A stretch of 64,000 nucleotides of DNA from Eledone cirrhosa (GCA_964016885.1 OZ024742.1:364870001-364934000); one strand, 5' to 3'. Shown: positions 29,209 through 42,675, counted from the first letter of the stretch. Numbers and translations: made by a program. The notes: generated by a model not told the origin, from the sequence alone.

Positions 29209-32200
29209 TTGCTGCCATTAACAAACAAACAAATTAACAACACACCAAAACAATTAAAACCATCCACTCTCACCTCAACATTTTTGCTTAACGCCCAAGG
29301 CATCAGCCCTTCCACCAATACTCAAAAATGGAAGATCAAATTCCTGGAGGACTGGGTTGATGTCCATCCAAACCACATCCCGTTCTTCGTCCTCACTGAA
29401 ACCTATCTCAGTAACCTCCACTTGGAAGCCGAGGTGAAAGTGAAAAATTTCAAAGCCATCCGTGCTGATCGCGCTGGCAGAAGAAAGGGTGGGACTGCCA
29501 TTTATGTCCATAATTCTTTCTCAACAGAGGCTATGAACATATTTACTAATGGATACTGCGAAGCAGTCACTGTATTCAATCAAACCAACAACCTAATAGT
29601 AGTTGGGCTCTATAGGCCACCCCAAACGCCTGTACTATGCTTCAAGGAATGCCTCAACAGCATAAAGTGTTTCATCCAAGAGTGTCACCCTGACAACATC
29701 TTAATGATGGGGGACTTCAACCTCCCGGGAGTTGACTGGTCCACAAACAGCCTGCCACCAGGTTCTTCTGCCTCAACCTCTGACAGGGAAGCAGTGGAAT
29801 CGCTTCTTGACTTCATGGATGATTTCTTCCTGTCCCAACTGGTGCTCGAACCAACGATTGCCACAAAAACGTCCTAAACTTAATTTTCAGCAATCACACT
29901 GACAATATCCACAATATTGCAGTGGAGAAAACTCTACTCTCTGATCATGACATGGTTCTCTGTGATCTGAGATTCCACCGTCCAATATACAAACCCAATG
30001 TCCTCTCTCCTATCCATCCGTTTGACGCTATGGATTTCCACAATGCAAACTGGGAAGCGATCAGTCATGATCTTGCACATGTCGACTGGTCCTTCACGCA
30101 CACTCATACACCCACTAACATCAAAAAGTCCTGGTAGACATTTGTGGACACTGTTACAAACATATGTGCAAAACACACCCCATTAACAACTATAAACAAA
30201 TCTAAGAGCAGAATCCCTAGAAATAGATAAAACGCTCATCAGGAAAATTAAGAGAACGAAGAAAAAAAAAAAAAAAATCAACAAGCTGAAATACTGTCAG
30301 CAGCAACACATCAACTTGACTGCCATTTCATCACTAGAGATTAAAAAACATAACCTCCAAAACAATATGATGTCTATCATCAACAATCAGAGAAGAGCTG
30401 AAGAGGCCTGGGCCATTGAGAAGATCAAACTCAATCCCAAAGTGTTCTTTTCCTTTGCAAAAAAACACAAAATCACTGACTCCACTGTTGGCCCTCTAAT
30501 TGATGAAAATGGCGCTCTTCAAGACAATGCTAAAACCATGGGTGAGATACTGCAGAAACAATACTGCTCTGTTTTCAGCAATCCTGATATGGCCGATCTG
30601 GGCTGTATCGGCGATGTTACTCCCCATTACACCTTATCGGACATAACGTTTGGCGCCCCTGATGTCTTAGCGGCAATAAAGGAAATCAAGCATAATTCAG
30701 CAGTAGGTCCCGATAGGTTCCCTGCTTATGTCTTGAAGGCGTGTCAACACCAACTTGCATCTCCTCTTGCCAATCTGTGGCGGAACTCACTGGATGCTGG
30801 ATATGTGCCAGAAAACCTTCTATCCCAGTCTGTTATCCCAGTTTTCAAAAAAGGAAACAAATCCCTTGCCGTGAATTACCGTCCAATCTCACTCACCTCT
30901 CATATCATTAAGGTATTTGAGAGAGTGGTGAGATCGCGAATGATTCACTTCCTTGAGAGTAACAATATGCTGAACTCCAACCAGCATGGATTCCGTAATG
31001 GAAGGGATTGCCTGACGCAGCTACTGCATCACTTTGATGACATTTTGAGAGCCTTGGGAGAGGGTTCCAACACTGATGTTATCTACCTTGATTTCAGCAA
31101 GGCCTTTGACAGGGTTGATCACAACATTCTACTGAGAAAGCTGTCCAATATTGGTGTCACTGGAAAGCTGCTGCAGTGGATCAAGAGCTTCCTGTCAAAC
31201 AGAACCCAACATGGTGTAGTCGAAGGAGTCAAATCCAGCCCAGCCAAAGTCAGTAGTGGGGTCCCACAAGGCACTGTGTTGGGTCCACTTCTCTTCATCA
31301 TCTATATTAATGACATCACTGACATCATCAAACACAGCAACATTAGAATTTTCGCTGATGATTCCAAGCTCCAAAAGGTCATCGATGGCGTGGATGACCG
31401 GATAAGCCTTCAGTCAGACCTACTGGCTGTTACCCAATGGGCGGAAAAGAACATGTTACTGAACGAAGACAAATTCGAACTGATCCACTTTGGAAGAGGA
31501 TGCTCTGAAACTCCCGTACTCCCTTCCCTCCGGTGAAACTCTCGTGGCATCTAACAACATCAGAGACTTGGGAGTAACCGTGGACAGCAACATAAGCTGG
31601 GCCACGCATATAAGAAGCAAAGTTGACATGGCCCGCAGAATGTGTTCCTGGATCCTCAGAACCTTCCAGTCGAGAGATTCCCACACCATTATCCTTCTCT
31701 TCTCTACTTTTGCCCGACCACACCTTGAATACTGTTGTCCACTGTGGTCTCCCCACACGAAACAACGTATCATGAAACTTGAAGCTCCCCAAAGGGCAAT
31801 CACGAAAAAGATGGATGGCATGTCAGACATTGACTACTGGGGTCGACTAGAAAAGCTCAAACTTTACTCACTCCAACGTCGCCGTAAGCGTTATATTATC
31901 TGCATGATGTGGAAAATGTTTCATCATCACTGCCCAAATGATGTTGGCATCACCTTCAAATTACACCCAAGGCTTGGGCCCGTGCTATCCGTCCCAAACA
32001 AAAATCTAAATCGCAACTCATAACAACAATACGGCACAATTAGTTCACCTCAATTGGCCCTGCTCTCTTCAACATCACACCAGGACACGTCAAAACAGAA
32101 ACTGACCACACAAAATTCAAGAAGTCTTTGGACAAATTCCTCCAAGTAATCCCGGACAAACCACCCACACCCGGATATGTCTCCGCAAACAGTAATTCTC

Positions 32201-32231
32201 TTCTCGAATGGGCCATGGTGCCCAAATCCTG
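29209..32231 (+). pseudogene. LINE ORF2 (apurinic endonuclease + reverse transcriptase), frameshifted
   Basis: LTETYL, RADR..RKGGTAIYV, YRPP, MGDFNLP, SDHD; NYRPISLTS, QHGFR, YLDFSKAFD, GVPQGTVLGPLLF, FADDSK, RPHLEYCCPLWSP. Confidence 0.93.
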
Positions 32232-32326
32232 AATTGAAAGACTTCGCCAGGTGGTGCTATTAAGTTAGACATGGCCTGGGCCAATACTGGCCAAAACATT
32301 TCAAAGTTATTCAAAGTTATATATAT

Positions 32327-32663
<337 letters not shown>

Positions 32664-32932
32664 CCTATGTGTGTGTGTGTGTGCGTCAGTGACTATTCTT
32701 GCACCACTATGTCGTCTTCTTCTCATCTACATCTATCTACACCATTTGTGTGTAGATTGAACAAGATCAATTAATGCATAAATTATTTACACCATAGACA
32801 TACACTGAAGTGAAACTTTACTGGTACCAAATTATATCAATATGTTTCAACACACAGTTTTACATCAGGAACCTTGCGACCCATCCCCCCAAACACATAA
32901 AAAAACGTACGTATATATATCTCTCTCTCCCT

Positions 32933-32963
<31 letters not shown>

Positions 32964-33311
32964 ACATAACACTCAGCAAGATCGATAACATAAAACTAAG
33001 CAGTATTCACATCAGTTACATTTATATTTACAACCTACCGACTAACAACAACATATTTTAACAGTTTTACATAAATCTCTTGCTTGCAATTTATATTACA
33101 AACACAACTCCAAATGAACGACTTTTGTTATTTTATATTCAAAATACGACAGAAATCTCATCCAGAATACAACTTCCCTGTCATCCTTGCAAATTCTTAC
33201 ATAAAATGTTTGTTTTTTTCTGTGTAATTCCTTCGATATACAGCCGAACATGAGTTAGTGTTTTACTATGAACTAGAATCAATACCACTGAATGTATTTT
33301 TATTTTGGAGT

Positions 33312-33712
33312 CCCTATACACTAGGACAACTGGGTATATATATAGTAGGATAACAGGGTATATATACACTATGATACCGGTATATATACACTAGGATACA
33401 GGGTATATTTCCACTAGGATAACAGGGTATATATATACACACTAGGATAACCTGCTACATATGCACTAGGATAACTGGGTATATATATATACACCAGGAT
33501 AACTGGGTATATATGCAGTAGGATAACCGGGTATATGTACAGTAGGATAACCGGGTATATATACACTAGGATAACCGGGTATATATGCACTAGAATAACT
33601 GGGTATATATACACTAGGATAACAGAGTATATGTTATATACACTAGGATAACCGGGTATATATACACTAGGATAACTGGGTATATATGCACTAGGATAAC
33701 AAGGTATATATG
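33312..33712 (+). repeat. ~24-bp minisatellite (CACTAGGATAAC[C/T]GGGTATATATA)
   Basis: Roughly 16 degenerate tandem units. Confidence 0.9.
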
Positions 33713-33875
33713 CAATCATATACACAGGTAAATTTAGATTTTGATAAATTAATGATTTACATAAGTGAAACCCACTTGTTTTAATTTGACTATTGGTAAT
33801 GTGGAAGTGGTGGAACAGAATATTTTAATAACATATTTCTAAGAAAGAATTATTTAAACGTATTTCCTATATATA

Positions 33876-33940
<65 letters not shown>

Positions 33941-33942
<2 letters not shown>

Positions 33943-34216
33943 CACAACACAATACAATTATTCCATTTACCAAAGGTTTCAAGAAGACAGGCGAGTTCGA
34001 TAGTGGCATCTGAAATCGTTCATCAGAGAGGAAAATTTAATATGATGTCCATATTAAATTTTCCTTTCTGATGAACGTTTGCAGCAGACGTCTTTATCTA
34101 GCTCGCCTGTTTTCGTGAAACCTTGGGTAATGGAATAATTGTATTGTGTTGTTTATTACATAATTAAATAGCTCTGTACTATACACTCCTTCCTTTACAC
34201 ATTTTACGGAAATACT
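33941..34216. mobile_element. Foldback cassette with divergently oriented HHRs on both arms
   Basis: Palindrome centred at ~34047 (GGAAAATTTAATATG-atgtc-CATATTAAATTTTCC). Plus arm CTGATGA(34068)-ACG..CGT-GAAA-CCTTGGG-TA-ATGGAA; mirror motif on the minus strand 33961-34032. Confidence 0.82.
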
Positions 34217-34399
34217 TTATATATATAGAGAGAGATAGAGAAATGACAAATATGATTAAATGTATGAGTAAAGTTTGTGAAATAGGAGGGACAACTTTAG
34301 GGCTGGAACCGAAGAGTTTGTGATTGGAAGGAGACATTTTTATTGTAGCATCATGACAGAGGTAGGAAGTGGAATGTGTGTATATTTGAGTATGTAAAT

Positions 34400-34444
34400 T
34401 ACAAACAGTCATATATGTATTCATATATATATATATATATATAT

Positions 34445-34523
<79 letters not shown>

Positions 34524-34562
34524 TTGTATGTATGTATATATATATACACATATATTGTATGT

Positions 34563-34612
<50 letters not shown>

Positions 34613-34648
34613 AAGAGTGAGAAATGAAATTTCGTTTCATTCTATTCC

Positions 34649-34687
<39 letters not shown>

Positions 34688-34726
34688 TATATATTGTATA
34701 TATATCTATATATACATATATATTGA

Positions 34727-34777
<51 letters not shown>

Positions 34778-34817
34778 CACACATATATATTGTATATATA
34801 TGTATATATACATATAT

Positions 34818-34857
<40 letters not shown>

Positions 34858-34880
34858 TATGTACACACACACATATATAT

Positions 34881-34971
<91 letters not shown>

Positions 34972-35143
34972 ATATATATATGTATATACATATATATAAA
35001 TTATATATATATATATATAATATATATATGTATATACATATATATAAATTATATATATATATATATATAATATATATATGTATATACATATATATAAATT
35101 ATATATATATACATATATAATATATATATGTATATACATATAT

Positions 35144-35229
<86 letters not shown>

Positions 35230-35243
35230 TATACATATATACA
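34400..35243. repeat. Compound (TA)n/(CA) microsatellite with ~48-bp higher-order units
   Basis: AATATATATATGTATATACATATATATAAATT recurs at ~34970-35150. Confidence 0.9.
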
Positions 35244-35926
35244 TCGCGTATTATAGTGGTTTATTGAAGATCGTCACGAAGCGAACACATATAGAAAACA
35301 ATTACCCCGTTAAGCTCGTGATTTCTTTTCCGCATGCTTTCATCAATATGCAAACGAACATGATGTTTTGTTTTAATATAAATGCTTTCCTCTTGACTAA
35401 AGAAACAGAACAAACTAATTTGCTTGTTTCAGCTGTCTAATACACAGTACAATGAATGGATTTTATATGTACTTTATTTGGCAAAATCTCAGCAATACAG
35501 AGAGAAGGCTCTATCACTAACTTCTAAACAATATAAGCTATATATTTCTGTATTTTATATAGTATTTATTTTTCAAATTTCTCATCAATACTGAGATATA
35601 TGTGGCACCTTAATTTCATATATTCTTTTATATTTACACGTGTTGATAGAATATATGTCTTATGTATATGTGTTCATGCATAGGATTTTATGTATAACTA
35701 TATATTTTTGTGACTACAGCATGTCTATATATGCATTATATATATATATATATAGTAGTGTGGTTGAATGAAAAGATGCGCCCGTAGGCAGTATGCCGGT
35801 TGAGCACTCGATGCTCGCGCAGAGCAGATTATAATATTATAATGATAAGGAACAAGGATTCAGTGTTACATCATAACATATTTAATAATATATTACACAC
35901 ACACACTCACATATGTATATATCATT

Positions 35927-36037
35927 AAATCCCGCCAAGGTTAACTTTGCCTTTCATCCTTACGTGGTCGATAAAATAAAGTACCAGTAACGCACTGGGT
36001 ATCGCTGGCCTTGTGCCAATAGTAGAAACAATTATTT
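35927..36037 (+). mobile_element. SINE fragment (Nin-domain-like core)
   Basis: ACTTTGCCTTTCATCCTT..GGTCGATAAAATAAAGTACCAG..GCTGGCCTTGTGCC; resembles mollusc/octopus SINEs from recall; second copy at 41418-41492 on the minus strand. Confidence 0.65.
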
Positions 36038-36351
36038 AAATATGAAACAACATTTATTTATGGAATATATGTAAATCCAGTTTAATAAAAATAGAAGAAA
36101 AAAAGAGATTGAGAAGAAAGAATGGAATGTAAAATACAAAAACAGCATAAAGAAAAAATACAAACGGAAAATGGAGGGAATGGCAAGGACTCTAGAGTCA
36201 CAGGATAAGTGGGAGGGGAGGCTGATTTGGCTCTGGGCCCAGGGCCGGGGTTTATCGAGCTGCTAACAATTAACAGTGGCACCCACTGCAACAGCCACCC
36301 CACCCCGTAAGGCTACCTCCTCAGAGGGGTAGCTGACGTTCTGATCTTGCG

Positions 36352-36426
36352 GAGGAGCTCAATAGTACGGGGTCCAGAGGAGCTCGATAGTACGGGGTCC
36401 AGAGGGCCTCGATAGTACGGGGTCCA
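36352..36426 (+). repeat. Three tandem 25-bp GC-rich repeats (GAGGAGCTCGATAGTACGGGGTCCA)
   Basis: Units start at 36352, 36377 and 36402 with no spacers. Confidence 0.9.
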
Positions 36427-36879
36427 AGTACGTCTGAGGTCTCGACCGTGACCGATATTTATTTAACTTTCTTTCCTCTGCAAGTCGCGCCATGGCATCC
36501 TAGATTAGGGATCTACCTTCTTCGAATGTGAAAAGAGTGTTTCCATTGGGACGCTTGCTGTTTCCACAGTCAAGGCCTGCTGGCTCCAGTTGTGGTGGAG
36601 AAACCAGCTGCGGGCCATATGCTTCTCAATTATTTAATATGGAAAATGCTTCTACTGAAATACAACTGTTTCATTCCTATGGAATCGTCAGCAATGAGTA
36701 TACCTGATCTATCATACGAATAAACAGTTGTAGCCTTGTAGAAACCATTTCTATTTTAAATAATAATATTTACATTCTTCTGATATATTGAGTACCATTT
36801 TAACTGTGGGTGCCCCCGATTTTACCAGGGTTCCACACACACCCACAGACACATACATATATATATATATATTTATTAA

Positions 36880-36937
<58 letters not shown>

Positions 36938-36982
36938 CGATGGCCAGCAGGGCCTCGGCCTATCGCCTGGAACACGCATTAG

Positions 36983-37046
<64 letters not shown>

Positions 37047-37050
<4 letters not shown>

Positions 37051-37135
37051 ATAATAAAACATTTGAAGACTAAAATCCAAAGAGGGCTAGATAAGGATAA
37101 ATATATATCAAATATATAAGAACCGTAGAGCAAAT
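37047..37135 (+). repeat. ~90-bp dispersed repeat, second copy at 40535-40623
   Basis: TTTGAAGACTAAAATCCAAAGAGGGCT.GATAAGGATA.ATATATATCAAATATATAAGAACCGTAGAGCAAA in both; each preceded by (TA)n. Confidence 0.9.
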
Positions 37136-37598
37136 ATTTATTAAAATAACAGATTAAATTTTAAGCAAAGAATCGCTGCTTTCACCCTTAACAGCATCTT
37201 CTGAAACTATAAAAATCAATCTGTGAACGCAGAAGTAAATATTTCAAAAAACGTTGCAACCGAAGGAAGACAGGAAGACGATACTTTGGTTCGTGGAAAG
37301 GTTCCCAGGAGAAGAACGGAAAAAAACGAAGATAATACGTGATTATTTGGTGCAGTGAAAACAATTACACGCAAAGACAAAACCACGTTTATGGCATACA
37401 TGAAGTTGTAGACTAATATTCTATTAGGTGGTTCATCGAGACGTTCTCTGGCAAAGAACGGAAAAAACGAAGATAATATGTCATTATGTGGAGCGTAGAG
37501 AACAATTACACGTAAAGACAAAACCACGTAAATGGTATAACTGAAGTCGTAGACAAAAATTCTATTTAGGAAACCGAATGATTCTCGGCTTCAGAGTT
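37136..37598 (+). repeat. ~460-bp dispersed repeat with an internal ~140-bp tandem duplication; second copy at 41566-42022
   Basis: Shared start ATTTATTAAAATAACAGATTAAA and shared GGAAGACAGGAAGACGATACTTTGGTTCGTGG; internal repeat AGAACGGAAAAAACGAAGATAAT occurs twice. Confidence 0.85.
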
Positions 37599-38587
37599 AA
37601 GAATAAAGTAAATAAAAAACAGAGGTAATTGAAATTGAATATATACATACACGCATCCATAAACGTACATACACAAGCATACGCGAAAACACTCGCGGTA
37701 GGTATGCAAATACAAGCGCGTACACAAAAAAAAAACACGCACGCACATACAGAACCCACGCAACGCCTGTACCCGCACACATACGAACGTATACACCAAA
37801 TACACATAAAAATATATATAAAAAATATATATATATATCTGTGTGTGCGTGTATACATAATTAAATAAACGTATATAAATATACACACATAAATACGTAT
37901 ATAACGCGCACACACATACCTATATGTAAATACACATATGTTCGCGGACCTACGTCAATCAAAACGCGAAGTACACATATACATACACCCTACATACGTA
38001 CGAACCCGCATAATCACACAGACGCAAAACTCACGTATACACAAAACCAAATGCACATGTACCAGTATATATATATAATATATACGCAATAACATATACA
38101 AGCAAATATACGTACGAGAAAGTATACGTACCTTCACAAAACATACAGGTAATATATACTTACCTATACAAAAGAGTAATGGTATAAACATAACATATAC
38201 TTAGCTAGCACATCAAGACGTAAAATATCCGTGTATAGTTCGTACTATCCGTTAGGGTATAATGTGGGGCTGTAATACAGGAAAGTTTTGTGCAATTTAT
38301 GTTTACAAGCCGAAATTGCCTCAAATTTTTTTTTTTAATGTGGTCTTTGGCGTAGAGTATTTTCAGGGCCTCGGCGGCGCAGAGGTCACATGGTCTTTTA
38401 TTTCCGTTATACGATCTAGCCTAAGCTAGGATCTCCCAGTGTAACTTATATTGCGTGTGGTTGTCTTTTAGACTCCAGATATAAGCTGAAAGTGACTTAC
38501 CTGTGACACTGACTACCTAGACAGCCATGACCTTAGCCGTTTCTGCCCCAGTAGACCCATAAGAGGTAGACCCCCACCATAACCTCA

Positions 38588-39990
38588 ATGGCAAAAAAGA
38601 CTCCCATGGGAAGGTGGATTGGGTGCACCAAAGCAGTACGGACCCCCCAAAACAATGATCAGGTAATAAAAATGGTGGCACATGCAATAGGGGCTAGTAT
38701 TAAAACTACCCTAAAGGTCCACATATTCAAATTAAACGAGAAGATCTACACCAAATATGAGGCAGCAGCCATTGGCGTCAGCATAGCTGGCGACGTTGCA
38801 AACCTTTTTATAGTGTGGTGGGAAAGGAGACTCAAAGATCTTGATGAGAGCTCCATAGACCTCATCGTGTACTCTCGTTACGTAGACGACATCACTATAG
38901 TAATAAGGACATCCCCACAAGAGAGTACTGACAAGTATGATTTAGGATGTAGCACAATGGAAAGCATCCAGCAGATAGCTAATTCCATACACCAGAGTAT
39001 AACTGTAACTATCGACTCCCCTTCCAAACACCCTAACAATAGACTACCTGTATTAGACACGGAACTCTGGATTAACACTATAGACGAGAGAGCCCAAATT
39101 CTCCACTCACACTACGCTAAAACAATGGCCTCCAAATATCTGATACTCACAAACTCAGCAGTGTCCAGTAGTGCTAAGTTTAATATTCTGATCGCAGACA
39201 TGGTACGAGTGATGAAGAACGTGTCCCGCATGTGCGACCCAACAGAAATGGAAAGACACATCCAACACTTCATCAACCGCATGCAGTTCTCTGGCTACAA
39301 CCAAAGAGACAGAATCAGAGTACACGAAGGAGCCACGGAGAAGTATAAGACCCTCATAGAACTGGACATGAAAGGAATTTTGCCATTATACATGAGCAAA
39401 TCATGGAATAGCTTAGATAGAACTAAACATAAGATAGGGAATGCCACATCATGGTACGACAACCAAAGATACCAGAGTGTCATGTTCCTGGACGCTACCC
39501 CTGGAGGGAAATTAGCTCACCAGAAAAGCCCTGAGAAAGACCCACTTAAAGATTAAGGTGGTAGAAAAGCCAGGAACCACCATAAAATCCCTGATTAGCA
39601 AAACATACTCTTTTAAGAAAACCCACTGTATTAATAGGATATGTGTTATATGTAAAGTAAACCCCCGGATAAACTGTAAAACTAGAAACATAGTCTATAG
39701 CATAAGATGTATAGACGGTACCTGCAGAAACATGACAACAACATACATAGGCGAGACAGCTCGTAGCATAGGTGAAAGGATAGACCATCAGTGGGGGGAA
39801 CTAAAATGACGAAAAAACGGTTCAGTACTATATGAACACACCAGACAACAACACGACGGTAACATAGACAACATAGAAATTAAAATAATATCTAAACATA
39901 GAAATGACCCAGCAGATAGGCAATGACAGAAGCAAGTGAAATAGAACTTAGAAGGCCAAAGCTAAACAGAAAAAATAAATGGAATAACAA
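38588..39990 (+). pseudogene. Penelope RT / GIY-YIG endonuclease, frameshifted
   Basis: ORFs 38588-39556 and 39558-39809, with read-through remnants after the stop. Confidence 0.9.
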
Positions 39991-40268
39991 AACCCAAACA
40001 AACAATACTGACCTAAGAGAAATATAAATAAATAAATAAATACATATATAAGCACAATAACAACAAATACATATAACACACACACTAGTAAACTAAGATA
40101 GAATACAATAACCAAAACAGAGTCACCCAAACACGAACACACATCAAACACTATACACACACGCAAACGCATGCGCAGAGAAGAAGACACAAATAAATAA
40201 ATAAATAAACAGATTAAATAAAGATGGCGTAGACATACAAATATAACAGGAGGAAACATAATAGCACC

Positions 40269-40303
40269 ACTGACGAGTTGCAGATGTGCAACGAAAGAAC
40301 TTT
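40269..40303 (+). ncRNA. Minimal HHR core in the Penelope 3' region; stem I disrupted
   Basis: CTGACGA-GTTGCA-gatg-TGCAAC-GAAA-GAAC-TT; homologous to the 56625-56667 motif. Confidence 0.7.
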
Positions 40304-40489
40304 CTTAGACTATATATATGTTTGTGTCTATATTATATCTGTATTTTTAGTCAGTCAATGATAAACATTGAGGAGCGAATAAATTAACTGATATAAAAGA
40401 TACGGAAGCGAAAACCAACCAAACAATGAGTGTGTTCTGTTATTAATCCTGGCAATATTATTACAACAATATGACCCTCCCCAAGTATC

Positions 40490-40534
<45 letters not shown>

Positions 40535-40538
<4 letters not shown>

Positions 40539-40617
40539 ATAATAATAAATTTGAAGACTAAAATCCAAAGAGGGCTCGATAAGGATACATATATATCAAA
40601 TATATAAGAACCGTAGA

Positions 40618-40623
<6 letters not shown>
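40535..40623 (+). repeat. ~90-bp dispersed repeat, copy 2
   Basis: Near-identical to 37047-37135; isolated between (TA)n tracts. Confidence 0.9.
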
Positions 40624-40681
<58 letters not shown>

Positions 40682-41140
40682 TGTATATATAGTGTATTTT
40701 GCAATACACTGTATGCTTAATTAAAAGCATTTCGAAGACCTTACGCTATTGTTTTAGAGTAGTGACAGTCTCACTTACTTTAAATTTTCAGCAAACAGGG
40801 GGGATAAAGCTGACAGAGCTCTGTTTCGTACTTTTGCAGATTAGGTAAGCAAAACTTTCACTTAAAAGACGAAATCCTATCGAAAGCTGTAGTGAAATAT
40901 ATGTCTGGGAGATTATACCAGAAATATATTTGCTGGATCTATAATTCCTATCGGATTAATAGTCACAAATATATATTTATAACCTGGAGTCTCAGACGAT
41001 TTTGATGACTTAAGCTTGACCGTACCGGTTACATGTTGTTTGTTTTTTAAATAATACATATACTCCATTTATTTAAAGCAGGCTGTACTTTAAAGAATAA
41101 TGCTCTTACTAGACCAAATTAGAACCATGTTATCTCTGTC

Positions 41141-41195
<55 letters not shown>

Positions 41196-41417
41196 TACGC
41201 ATATGCCTGAATCGGACTAAGGAATTTAAAATGGAAATGGACAGGAAGCAAAAATAATCTGAAGGATTGGTAAATGAAAGTTCAGTTTTTAATTGAATAT
41301 ATGACTTTCAATATTCATTTTGTTAAGGCTAAATAGTGAGTCTTGTTACTGAAGGCAAAACTCCAGAGTAACAAAACATACATCTTTAATAAAATGTTGA
41401 ATATATATATATATATC

Positions 41418-41492
41418 AAATAATTGTTTCTACTTTGGGCACAAGGCCAGCAAATACCCAGTACATTACTGGTACTTTATTTTATCGACCCC
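41418..41492 (-). mobile_element. SINE 3' fragment (same family as 35927-36037)
   Basis: Reverse complement GGGGTCGATAAAATAAAGTACCAGTAA..GCTGGCCTTGTGCC.AAAGTAGAAACAATTATTT. Confidence 0.7.
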
Positions 41493-41565
41493 GTATATAT
41501 AAAATAATGAAGTCAAATAAGTAAAATTTGGCTTCGTTTATTATATATATACATATATATATATA

Positions 41566-42022
41566 TTTATTAAAATAACAGATTAAAGTTTAAGTAAATA
41601 ATCGCTGCTTTCACCCTTAACGGGATCTTCTGAAACTAACAAGGTCAATCTGTAAACGCAGATCTGGATATTTCAAAAAACGTTGCAACTGGAGGAAGAC
41701 AGGAAGACGATACTTTGGTTCGTGGTAACGTTCGCTGGCAAAGAACGGGAAAAAACGAATAATACGTCATTAATAGGAGCGGTGAAAAACAATTACGCGC
41801 AAAGACAGAACCACGTTTATGGTATAAAAGAGGTCGTAGACTAATGTTCTCTTAGGTGGTGCATAGAGACGTTCTCTGGCAATGAACGAAAAAACGAAGA
41901 TAATAAGTCATATGTGGAGCGTGGAGAACAATAACACGCAAATACAAAATCACGTAAATGGTAAGCAGAAGTCGTAGACTAAAATTCTAACTAGGAGACC
42001 AAATGAATCTCCGCTACAGAGT
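41566..42022 (+). repeat. ~460-bp dispersed repeat, copy 2
   Basis: Colinear with 37136-37598. Confidence 0.85.
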
Positions 42023-42043
42023 GTCCTCCAATTTTATTATTAT

Positions 42044-42094
<51 letters not shown>

Positions 42095-42251
42095 TATTAT
42101 AATTATTTTTATTATTATATTATATATATGTATATTAGTGATGGTCTCCGTCAGTGCTAGGACAGCTAAATTTGAAAAGCCAGTAGTCCTTCAAAAAGAA
42201 AATTCACACTGTCCCCAAAAGGGAAAGGGGAGGTCATCGTAAAATATAAAA

Positions 42252-42533
42252 TAATATATACACTGGTCATTGAAGCCTGTTAGGTATTTTAACCACGTGT
42301 TTAAGAACTCAATTGGATATTAAAAAAATAAATATATGTATGTACCATCGATACATACATATAGGTATTTTCTCAGGCAAATCCTGTATCTCATGCATGA
42401 TATTTTGCCTGAGAAAATACCTATATGTATGTATAGATGGTACATACATATATTTATTTTTTTAATATCCAATTGAGTTCTTAAACACGTGGTTAAAATA
42501 CCTAACAGGCTTCAACGACCAGCGTATATATTA
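42252..42533. repeat. ~280-bp near-perfect palindrome (130-bp arms, ~22-nt loop)
   Basis: 42252-42381 is the reverse complement of 42404-42533, with a few mismatches. Confidence 0.92.
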
Positions 42534-42559
42534 AAGCTTTCTCTGTTAATGTATTAAAT

Positions 42560-42675
42560 ATAAGTTGAAAAAAATGAAAACGAAATTTCATTTCTCACTC
42601 TTAGTATGGCACTTACTTAAACGTAAGTATGTATGTATACGTACATACATATGTGTATAAAAACGTACAGTAGCA

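Larger units (their letters stand above)
27960..32319 (+). mobile_element. Near-full-length, decayed CR1-group LINE (CR1/Zenon-like)
   Basis: ORF1 remnant followed by ORF2 with APE and RT; C-terminus FKKSLDKFLQVIPDKPPTPGY; 3' tail (TTCAAAGTTA)2 then (TA)n. The 5' boundary is approximate. Confidence 0.9.
38460..40494 (+). mobile_element. 5'-truncated Penelope-like element (RT + GIY-YIG) with an HHR-bearing 3' pLTR
   Basis: RT motifs AIGVSIAGDVANLF, YSRYVDD, LPVLDTELW; GIY-YIG IVYSIRC..YIGETARSIGERI; 3' end TGACCCTCCCCAAGTATCACAAT-(AT)n shared with the 55.6-56.8 kb copy. Confidence 0.92.

Noticed and set aside
36352-36426. 25-bp repeats as a CRISPR array
   Set aside because: No spacers, no cas genes, eukaryotic context.
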